This document shows, piece after piece, positions 31,817 to 39,752 of a stretch of 59,922 nt of DNA. The notes below the pieces were generated by a model. The model was not told where the DNA came from and ran no database searches. It worked only from the letters and a program-made list of their open reading frames with translations. A program made the position numbers and the translations under genes. This DNA comes from a virus (Duplodnaviria; Heunggongvirae; Uroviricota; Caudoviricetes; Herelleviridae): positions 1 to 59,922 of the IMG/VR virus record IMGVR_UViG_2974632988_000001; one strand, written 5' to 3'. Numbering within the stretch: position 1 is the first letter of the stretch; every line of letters starts with the position of its first letter.

Positions 31817-32884
31817 CTATTTAAAAGTTATTTCGCCCTTCTTTGTATCGATTTCTTTTATTTCATCCTCTATTAGTCTTGTAACGGCTTTTTGCGTCGC
31901 TGATACACCTTTATTGTATCCTATTATGTAAGTACTATAACCGGCACTAACAACGCATGTAAGCCCTATAGCACCTGTTATAATGATTTCGTTAATATCC
32001 ATTGTAATTACTTCCTACTGTTTCTTGTCTCATTGCTGATATTATATTAACTATTGATTGCTCTTCATAATCATTGATTTCTCTCATCATATCATTAAAT
32101 TCTAGGTAACGCCCGCTTGTTAGTAACATAGCAAGCCTCCTCCCTGTATCCCATTCACTAACATTAATAACATCACTAGGTTGTAATGTCCCGTATTTAA
32201 ACTTATACATTACTTTTCACCCTCTTTCTTATCAATTTCTTTTTGTAATGCTACAATTAACTTTTTCGCTCCATGTGTACCGACTTTACTTAAAATCTTT
32301 TTTGCAAACTCTGTATACGTACCGATGATAATACTTTTCATTTTAATTTTCCCCCTTTAATACTCTAATAAGTGAGCTTAATTGTTTTAATTGCAATTCT
32401 ACTGTTAACATATGAGAGTATAGAGCTTTAATTTCACGTTGTACCGCGTTTTCTAGTTCTGTCTCTCCTTTATAGTAGAATTTTCTTTCTTTTGCGTTCT
32501 CCATTTGCATTTCTAAAAGCTCTTTTGTGCTTTCCATTGTGATTAGGTTTTCTTCCAATAGCTCAACCGCGTTCATTGTTTTGTAGTCCATATTCCCCGC
32601 CCCCTGCATTATGCTTTTGGTAGACTTTCCATATATTCATAATATTCTTTTTCCACTTCGTCAAGTCGCTTTTGTGCCTCTTCTCTTGTGTTGAATCCAT
32701 CTTCTATAACTTCACATCCACTAGAAATAACGTATTCACTATTATCATAAGGTAGTGTGATATCGCCTTCCAACCAAGTAACCTCTAAAGGCTCTTCGTC
32801 AAGCCCTTCTTCTCTTAATTCTCGGTTAATATCCTCTACATTTCTAAATACATTTTTCCATTCTTCAAAAGTTAATCTTTCCAT
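31817..32884 (-). other. Cassette operon of 5 small CDS (32609-32884, 32343-~32600, 32210-32341, 31992-32210, 31817-32002)
   Basis: Behind the repeat at 32940. The last gene has a TM helix and ends in the TAG of the next repeat. Confidence 0.7.
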
Positions 32885-32954
32885 TTATAACAGCTCCCTT
32901 TATTTAAGTTAATTTCATTTTAAACTATTGTTTTCTAAAAGTCAACAACTATTT

Positions 32955-33236
32955 TTAACGTTGTATTAAAGTTATTTTTTGATGGAATAATACCGCCATT
33001 TCTTGTAATTCTGTTAAAGGGTTTTCACGTCCCCAACGTTTAAACAGGTCATTAACTTCGATTGAAATGTAATCAATATCATTTTCAAATAAATCAGCAA
33101 TTTCTCTCAATGTTACACGCTCTACATCAACCAGCATATAAAATTCCATTCCACCAGTTAATAATTTTAACGTTGTACCCTTCGTAATTTCAATTTTATT
33201 TAATAAATTCATTTCTGCTTTTTCAACCGCGAACAT
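32955..33236 (-). CDS. Single-gene cassette, hypothetical
   Basis: Own repeat promoter at 33291. Confidence 0.75.
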   Translation of the reverse strand: MFAVEKAEMNLLNKIEITKGTTLKLLTGGMEFYMLVDVERVTLREIADLFENDIDYISIEVNDLFKRWGRENPLTELQEMAVLFHQKITLIQR

Positions 33237-33305
33237 AGTTAACAGCTCCCTTATTTAAGTTACTTTCATCATAATATGTATTTTACTATAAGTCAACAAT
33301 TATTT

Positions 33306-34292
33306 TTATACTAGTTGAATCGTACCGTTTGCCGTTACAATACCAACCCGGGGATTATTATATTTAAAGCCCCTTTTTATATTGTTAGCCTCTTTCATAG
33401 TATCGAACCCTAAAGCATTGCTTAAATATTGTGTCCAATAACCGCCCTTACTGATATTTCTGTCTTGAAAGTATACAATCTTTTTAGAACTCTTACCGTC
33501 GGTAATCACGACGAACTTTCCAGCTAACTTTTTAATCCTATTCTTTCTATCTTCCTTTATGCCTGTAATACGTGTCATTTCTTCGACCCACATGTCACGG
33601 TCTGCCATTTGTCCGCCTATGTCTTCCCCACCATCTAATGCCCAACCCATATTAAACGCCCCCTTACATCTCTTTTTCGATTTCTTTTATAGCATCCTCT
33701 AAACCGTTAATTTTACCAATTGCTTTATAAATCTTGCTATCTTTCCACGGGTAAAAACTTCTTTCAATCTTTTCCGCGTCGTCAAGCTCTATTCTAGCCT
33801 TTTCTAATTCACTTTTTAAAATATCAATTGCTTTTTCCATTTATAACACCTCTATTGTTTACTTTAAGACTCCTCACAGTCTCGTACAGCGTTTTAACTT
33901 TAATTCTAGACTATTTGTATTAGAAAGGGTTAAACGCTCTGTATGAGCGCCTAACACCCTTTAAACTGGTGTATTTTATAACTATTGATATTAATAGCCG
34001 TGTAACCTCCGTCCGCTAATGCCTCCGTTAATGTCTCTGTTAAAGGGTAAAACGTGATTTGCTCAAGGTGAATATCTTCTACAAAGTTCTCTTTAGATAC
34101 ATAGCCTTGCATGTCGCTGTAATCAATATCAATGTAATCATATCCCGCCACCAATTCAAGGTCAAAAACAAAGCCTATTGCCGAACTATCTAATTGACGG
34201 TATGATTCAACTTTATAAATAAGTTTATCCTCTGATATTACATGTAATTCGCCTCTTAATCCGTTTTGTGAATAATAATTGTAGTTTGTCAT
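33306..34292 (-). other. Cassette of three CDS (33951-34292, 33664-33840, 33306-33650) with an internal hairpin
   Basis: Repeat promoter at 34349; hairpin 33884-33944 sits between gene 1 and gene 2. Confidence 0.7.
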
Positions 34293-34384
34293 TATAAAAC
34301 ATCTCCCTTTATTTAAGTTACTTTCATTTTAAACCTTATTTTACTAAAAGTCAACAACTATTTTTAAAGTTGGGAACCTCCTTT

Positions 34385-34642
34385 TTAAAGGAAGTCCCTT
34401 TCATTATGTCCCGCCTCTGACATAGCGCGCTCATTTGCAGTATTAAAGCGTTTAGCCTCTTCTCTTTCTGCCTCTTCTAACTCGCGTTGTAAGTCGCCAA
34501 TCTTATCAAGTGCAAAAGAGATTTCGTGTTCAAAGTGGTCAAGACCCTCTTTAGTTGTTTCTAACTTATGCATGATAGACAGGTCTTCGAGAATATCACG
34601 CCACTTTTCCAAGTCATCTAGAATGTATTCAATATCTCGCAT
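34385..34642 (-). CDS. Single-gene cassette, acidic helical protein
   Basis: Own repeat promoter at 34695; AAGGGGG RBS. Confidence 0.75.
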   Translation of the reverse strand: MRDIEYILDDLEKWRDILEDLSIMHKLETTKEGLDHFEHEISFALDKIGDLQRELEEAEREEAKRFNTANERAMSEAGHNERDFL

Positions 34643-34703
34643 GATGTAACCCCCTTATTAAGTTACCCTTATTGTACCATGTATGTTTTCTAAAAGTCAA
34701 CAA

Positions 34704-35582
34704 TTAATTTTCGATACAAATTCCTTGTTCTGCTAAATGCTCTAATACTTCACTTTCGTTGTTAAATCTATCTATTGACCCATTAAACTCTTCTATACCG
34801 TAATAACTTACAACGTCAATGACTTTAATTTCGTCGCGGTCTGTTACGTCGCATGTAGTTTCTACAGCGTTCCAATCAATCCAACTATCATTTAAATCTA
34901 TATAAGCCGCCTCTACCATGAAACCATCTTCACCACATGCATTATACATATTAATGACTTTAACGTAGTAATAACACTTTTCAAGCGGGTAATCGCTATC
35001 TTTTTTAATAAAGTCGCCTCCATGTTCTAACGCGTCCACGTCTCCGTAATTCGTCCAGCTTGCATCTTTATTAATTTTACCTTTGAATCCTGTAATGACA
35101 CGTTTCGCTATATCTTCTAGTTCTTCCATATAACTATTATTATCAATATCACCTATTTCATGCTCTATACATGCATCTAGTTCGTCAATATCTAGCTTTT
35201 CACGTTGTTCATATGTTAGCCCCTCAACCCATTTATTAACGATGTTAGCAACGTAATTATAGTATAGTGACGTTTCATTGTTATATAATAGTTGTGTAAA
35301 GTATTGGTAATACCCTGCTCTATAAAAGTTTTCTAACTCTACTCTCTGTCCTCGCGGTGTCTCACATAAACCCTGTGCAATAGCCTCTTCAATGTATTCT
35401 TTTATTTTTGGTACACCTTCCCATAATTCTTTTGTGTAAATAGGTGTAAAGTTATCTGCAATTTCGGTGATAGCGTCGCATGCATAAGTTGAACCGTCGT
35501 ACTCGTAAAATGATTCTAATACGTCAATATCAAAGTCTAACGCCTCTAAAGTATCGTATTGCGCTAATGTTAATTGTTTCAT
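34704..35582 (-). CDS. Ocr-like DNA-mimic (anti-restriction) domain plus a second acidic C-terminal domain
   Basis: DAITEIADNFTPIYTKELW resembles T7 Ocr [19 protein letters not shown] (recalled); very acidic; own repeat promoter at 35638. Confidence 0.6.
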   Translation of the reverse strand: MKQLTLAQYDTLEALDFDIDVLESFYEYDGSTYACDAITEIADNFTPIYTKELWEGVPKIKEYIEEAIAQGLCETPRGQRVELENFYRAGYYQYFTQLLYNNETSLYYNYVANIVNKWVEGLTYEQREKLDIDELDACIEHEIGDIDNNSYMEELEDIAKRVITGFKGKINKDASWTNYGDVDALEHGGDFIKKDSDYPLEKCYYYVKVINMYNACGEDGFMVEAAYIDLNDSWIDWNAVETTCDVTDRDEIKVIDVVSYYGIEEFNGSIDRFNNESEVLEHLAEQGICIEN

Positions 35583-35738
35583 TATAAAACATCTCCCTTT
35601 TTTAAGTTACTTTCATTTTAACTCTTTATTTACTGAAAGTCAACAACTATTTAAAATTTATTTTAGTTGCTACCCACGGGGGATAAACCCCGCGACGCTG
35701 TGAGCCTAAAGCCTGTTTATAGTCGCTCACACGACTTT

Positions 35739-36101
35739 TTACTCTTCGTCTTCCTCTTCGTCCTCTTCGTCCTCTTCGTTCGCGTCGTATTCCTCCTTTA
35801 ATGCCTCTATTTCATCGCTATAGATATGCCCCGCGATTTCGTCCCACTCAATAAGAGATAGGTCAAGGAAGTCTTTTAAGAATGTGCTTAAGTTGTCAAG
35901 CTCCTCTTCTAAAACAGAATCCAACCATTCTTCGCAATCTTTTTCAATTTCATATTTAATATCGTTTTCCGTTTCTGATAGGTCAAGGTTGCCGTTTTCC
36001 GCGTTATCTCTCACGAACTCGCTTAAAGATTCCCCAAAATGTAAGTTAACCAACCATGTTTCTCTATTCGCCCATCCATTATAAGTATTTACGTTTGTCA
36101 T
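35739..36101 (-). CDS. YNGWxNRETWLVNL-family protein with poly-acidic tail
   Basis: N-terminal motif is common in phage/MGE early genes; ends EEDEEDEEEDEE; own repeat promoter at 36169. Confidence 0.75.
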   Translation of the reverse strand: MTNVNTYNGWANRETWLVNLHFGESLSEFVRDNAENGNLDLSETENDIKYEIEKDCEEWLDSVLEEELDNLSTFLKDFLDLSLIEWDEIAGHIYSDEIEALKEEYDANEEDEEDEEEDEE

Positions 36102-36177
36102 TTTAAATTCCTTCTTTCATATTTTTTATTTTGTTTCTGTAATCAGTGTATCATGTTCATTTCCTAAAAGTCAACAA

Positions 36178-36333
36178 CTATTTTTTAAGTAATATCGGTA
36201 ATCTTTTCATCATGTCGAACCATAAAGAGTTTCCATTTTTAAAAGGAGATTCCACTATTTTATAGTTAATTCTCATTTTAGTTCTAACTGGGAAAAATTT
36301 AACCTCTGTTCTATATACATCATATCTTTCCAT
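36178..36333 (-). CDS. Single-gene cassette, basic 51-aa protein (not in ORF track)
   Basis: Repeat promoter at 36389 with GGGAGCTGTT leader; MERYDVYRTEVKFFP...; TAG stop supplied by the next repeat. Confidence 0.7.
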   Translation of the reverse strand: MERYDVYRTEVKFFPVRTKMRINYKIVESPFKNGNSLWFDMMKRLPILLKK

Positions 36334-36501
36334 AATTAACAGCTCCCTTTATTTAAGTTAATTTCATTTTAAACCTTATTTTACTAAAAGTCAACAACTA
36401 TTTTTAAAAGTGTACGATTGCGTATGATATCCCGCGCCCCACCAGAAACAAGAAACCAACAATAACCAATACTTTTAATGAGCCTCTGAATGACATATGT
36501 T

Positions 36502-36672
36502 TTATTCCTCCTCTAATACTCTTTTTACTTTTAAAACATCTTCTAACATGTATTGTAGCGTTACCTCTGTACTAATAGTACCGCCGTTCTCAATAATACT
36601 GATTAAATCTTTTAAGCGTCTTTCTACTATATTTAGGTTAATACAAGCAAGTGATTTATCTATCGCTTTCAT
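36502..36672 (-). CDS. Single-gene cassette, 56 aa (start corrected to ATG 36672)
   Basis: AAGGGGG RBS within the repeat at 36727; the track's longer start lies in the promoter itself. Confidence 0.7.
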   Translation of the reverse strand: MKAIDKSLACINLNIVERRLKDLISIIENGGTISTEVTLQYMLEDVLKVKRVLEEE

Positions 36673-36735
36673 ATGTAACAGCCCCCTTATTAAGTTACCC
36701 TCATTGTAGCATGTGTGTTTTCTAAAAGTCAACAA

Positions 36736-37035
36736 CTATTTATTAAATTTCATTCTAATTGTTTTCAACGTCTTTCCAAGCATAAACGTTTCAATTTTTA
36801 AATATGCATTATACTCTTTTAATAGTTCTAATAGCTCTGGTACGTCAACAACGTCTATCTGGTGACCTTGTAAATTAATTTGTTCTATAGTAATTAAATC
36901 CCACTCATTACTAGTAACAAGCAAACCTCTTCCATATCTATATTTCCCTTCGTGGCTTAGTGTGTACCCGTCACGTTTTAACGTAGCTTTTACACTACGT
37001 AACATACCGCCTAAAGTTTTAAATTGTTTAGCCAT
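36736..37035 (-). CDS. Single-gene cassette, hypothetical
   Basis: Repeat promoter at 37090; TAG stop lies in the next repeat. Confidence 0.75.
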   Translation of the reverse strand: MAKQFKTLGGMLRSVKATLKRDGYTLSHEGKYRYGRGLLVTSNEWDLITIEQINLQGHQIDVVDVPELLELLKEYNAYLKIETFMLGKTLKTIRMKFNK

Positions 37036-37100
37036 AATAAACAGCTCCTCTTTTTAAGTTACTTTCATTCTAATAGTTATTTTACTAAAAGTCAACAACT

Positions 37101-37319
37101 TTATGCATCGAAATTTAATTTTAATGAAAAAGTGTATTCGTGAAATTGATAATTGTAGTTAATACCATCGGTTAACCACTCTACAAGCTCCTCTACGCTA
37201 TCAACCTTTAAAAACATTTCTGTTACTAAGAAGTGAGGCGCATCGGTAATGTAATGCTTTGTAACGCCTCCCTCTGTAATAGGTATAATCATGTTTGCAT
37301 CCATTAATTTTAAACTCAT
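37101..37319 (-). CDS. Single-gene cassette, hypothetical
   Basis: Repeat promoter at 37374 carrying the TGATAC-N4-GTATCA operator. Confidence 0.75.
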   Translation of the reverse strand: MSLKLMDANMIIPITEGGVTKHYITDAPHFLVTEMFLKVDSVEELVEWLTDGINYNYQFHEYTFSLKLNFDA

Positions 37320-37342
37320 GTTTACCAGCTCCCTTATTAAGT

Positions 37343-37639
37343 TGATACCATCGTATCATATTCGTTTACTTTAAGTCAACAATTATTTTGAATCCTTTTT
37401 ATTTATTGTAATTTCAAGCCCTAAAGCGTCTAGAACTTTGAATAATGTAGTTAGTGTGCATTCTCCGCCTTTTGAAATGCTGTTAATTTTATACGAATAT
37501 ACTTTTTCTGTTTTCGCCTCTACTTTTCTATAGGAAATCTTTTGTTTCTTCATTTCCGCTGTTATCGTATCGCCTACATATTTGTGAGTGTTTGCCATTG
37601 CAAAACACCGCCTCTCTTTAAGTTGATACCATCGTATCA
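37343..37639. promoter_or_regulatory. Two perfect TGATAC-CATC-GTATCA inverted repeats (37343-37358, 37624-37639) overlapping -10 boxes
   Basis: Identical 16-mers in the HTH gene's own promoter and in the next cassette promoter. Confidence 0.7.
37383..37598 (-). CDS. XRE/Cro-like helix-turn-helix regulator (start corrected to ATG 37598)
   Basis: ITAEMKKQKISYRKV...INSISKGGECTLTTLFKVLDALGLEITI; GAGGCGG RBS. Confidence 0.75.
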   Translation of the reverse strand: MANTHKYVGDTITAEMKKQKISYRKVEAKTEKVYSYKINSISKGGECTLTTLFKVLDALGLEITINKKDSK

Positions 37640-37824
37640 TGTAATTCACTAAAAGACAACAACAAATTTATATATTTTTCGTTTTTCGTGTTTCTTCCTA
37701 TATAAAGAAAAATAGGCTTTTCGTTTTCCTTCTATATAAGGGGACTTTTTTCACTTTGTAACGTTTATCAATTGTCAGAATATTTTAATCGTTATATCGC
37801 ACTTGCCGGGCGTGGCTTTTTGTG

Positions 37825-37947
37825 GTCTGCTACTTACGTTTTAAGGGCTTTTTACAGTCTGCTACTTACATTTTAAGGGCTTTGTGCAACCTGATACTAC
37901 CTTTTACAATCCGCTACTAGGTTTCGAATTTTTTGGTGCGCTACTAA
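37825..37947. repeat. 27-bp direct repeat with 32-bp period plus degenerate GCTACT units
   Basis: GTCTGCTACTTAC(G/A)TTTTAAGGGCTTT at 37825 and 37857; degenerate units at 37891, 37911, 37938. Confidence 0.8.
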
Positions 37948-37950
37948 GTA

Positions 37951-37977
37951 AAAAAGCCCCGCAAAATGTAGGGGGCT
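37951..37977 (-). terminator. Terminator after the HNH gene
   Basis: AGCCCC/GGGGCT stem followed by a T run on the minus strand. Confidence 0.75.
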
Positions 37978-38464
37978 ACTTCATTTTCTTTTTACGTATA
38001 GGCTGCGTTAAAGCTCTATCCATGTCCCATTCGTACTTTAATCTATAACCAAGAACCTTCAACGGTATGTTGTATAATATAGACCACTCTTTTACAGTTC
38101 TAGCTTCTCCGTTATAAGTATATAAATCTGTTTGTTTTACGGATTTATACACGTTTTTTATACTTACTCCTGTACGTTCTTCCACCGCTTTTCTATAATT
38201 AAAGGTGTCTGTAACCCACTGACAGTTGCTAGGCTCGTAGTTTTTGTTAGAATCTATTCTGTCAATGGTTAGTTCTTCTGTGTAACCATTCAACATAGAC
38301 CACTCATAGAAGTTTACGAACTCATGCCAATCTTTACAAACCCTTATACCTTTCCCTCCATACGTAGGGTATGCGCCTCTTTTTGGGTTGTAACATCGCT
38401 GCTTCATGTTCTTCCATATCGTATACAATCTAGTTCCGGACATACCATGACTTTTACCGGGCAT
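37976..38464 (-). CDS. Free-standing HNH-type homing endonuclease with C-terminal DNA-binding domain
   Basis: HGMSGTRLYTIWKNMKQRC..YGGKGIRVC..W..LTIDRIDSNKNYEPSNCQW; C-terminal YNGEARTVKEWS. Confidence 0.85.
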   Translation of the reverse strand: MPGKSHGMSGTRLYTIWKNMKQRCYNPKRGAYPTYGGKGIRVCKDWHEFVNFYEWSMLNGYTEELTIDRIDSNKNYEPSNCQWVTDTFNYRKAVEERTGVSIKNVYKSVKQTDLYTYNGEARTVKEWSILYNIPLKVLGYRLKYEWDMDRALTQPIRKKKMK

Positions 38465-38491
38465 CGTCTCCCTCCTTTCCGCCGTGTGCTA

Positions 38492-38812
38492 CTAACGTTT
38501 GACAGGTTGGAAATGTTTATGTTGCTGTGTTACTAATGACCAATCACTTTTATGGTATTCATACTTAACTTTAAACAATTCTCCGGTGTGCGTATCATAC
38601 ACTTGAACATGTTCGTAAAAGTTACCGTCTACTGTCTTAGCTTCATGTTTATCGTAACATGCGTCACTATCGTCCTCCATCTGATTATGTACAAACTCCT
38701 CTAAATGCTTGTTTATGAAATCCGCTACTTCATTAAAGTCTCGTGTATGTAATTTAAGGTCGTCCATTCCTCCTGATGGATAATAGTCATCATAAGCGAA
38801 TACTAGATACAT
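38492..38812 (-). CDS. YP-x-GG family paralogue
   Basis: MYLVFAYDDYYPSGGMDDL; AAGGAGG RBS. Confidence 0.75.
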   Translation of the reverse strand: MYLVFAYDDYYPSGGMDDLKLHTRDFNEVADFINKHLEEFVHNQMEDDSDACYDKHEAKTVDGNFYEHVQVYDTHTGELFKVKYEYHKSDWSLVTQQHKHFQPVKR

Positions 38813-38921
38813 ATAAATTCCTCCTTGTATAATCTACTACTTACGTTTCTTCTCTAAAACCTTTACAACAACCATGACTACCAGTAAAAATATAATAGCG
38901 TATCCCATGTTATGCATATCG

Positions 38922-39539
38922 TTACTGAACATTTTCTACCTCCAAGAATGGTTTTTTCGTTCTAACTCGTATAATCTCTCCGTTTTCGTCTTCGAAGTAA
39001 GGATATTCAACATAAGCTGCTGTTGTAAACTCATCTGCTACTTGTATGTTATCATAAAGCCACTGAATATTTTCTTCTAACAAGTGTTGCATTGTACAGA
39101 ACTGCATACCATGATAATAAACTACACATACATTTTTCTTATCCTCTGGAGGAACACCACTTATCCCACCATACTCCTCAAACCACTTACAAGCTGATGG
39201 CGGATAACCTAATGCTAGTCCTAATGTTTCGAATGTATGTACTAAAATAGTTTCACCTAGTGCGCTACTATCTATTAGTCTAAGATTGTTCATGTGTGCA
39301 TACATTTTACTAAAGTCATTAAATATGTACACACATGTTGTACCTTGTAATGGTCTTGTGATACTAGGATAGTGTTTCATTAAAAGGTTTGCATAGTTAT
39401 GATTGCAAGTAAGGGCTAGTGCTGGTTTAGCCCCACTTACAAACAATCTTATTTCTTGTGGTACGTTCTCAAAACGTTTACCTAACTTGTTTAACTCATC
39501 CAGAAAACTTACAGCGCGCCTCGATAGATTACTTGACAT
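38922..39539 (-). CDS. Hypothetical protein with GAKPA and LGLALGYPPSAC motifs (DUF483-like)
   Basis: The G-x-x-LGYP-x-x-(A/C) motif recalls DUF483-type proteins; start uncertain (39539 or 39560). Confidence 0.55.
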   Translation of the reverse strand: MSSNLSRRAVSFLDELNKLGKRFENVPQEIRLFVSGAKPALALTCNHNYANLLMKHYPSITRPLQGTTCVYIFNDFSKMYAHMNNLRLIDSSALGETILVHTFETLGLALGYPPSACKWFEEYGGISGVPPEDKKNVCVVYYHGMQFCTMQHLLEENIQWLYDNIQVADEFTTAAYVEYPYFEDENGEIIRVRTKKPFLEVENVQ

Positions 39540-39752
39540 GTTTCTCATACGCCTTTGCAAAGATTTCTAGTACATCAAATCGTAGTGACTTACCTGCACC
39601 TTTCTTCCAGCCCTCTTTACTCATGAAGTAAGGTGAGTAGAGTAGGAACTTATTCTTTCCAAGCTCCGCCTCTACGATTTCATATTTGTTTTTATCGTCC
39701 ACTACTATTGTTTCTAATACTGTTTCTTTATCCCAACCCGGAAATTTACCCA

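Larger units (their letters stand above)
27270..37660 (-). repeat. 15 copies of a ~55-66 bp promoter+RBS repeat delimiting gene cassettes
   Basis: -35 hexamers (+ coordinates) at 27325, 30980, 31379, 31808, 32940, 33291, 34349, 34695, 35638, 36169, 36389, 36727, 37090, 37374, 37654. Copies 34303-34368 and 36343-36408 differ at 1 of 66 nt. Confidence 0.92.

Noticed and set aside
27270-37660. CRISPR array
   Set aside because: The repeats are 55-66 bp promoter/RBS units separated by 200-3600 bp of coding DNA, not 25-45 bp spacers; no cas genes are present.
27270-37660. A true integron
   Set aside because: No tyrosine recombinase in the window, and the repeats are direct promoter elements without attC R/L box palindromes; only the analogy is retained.
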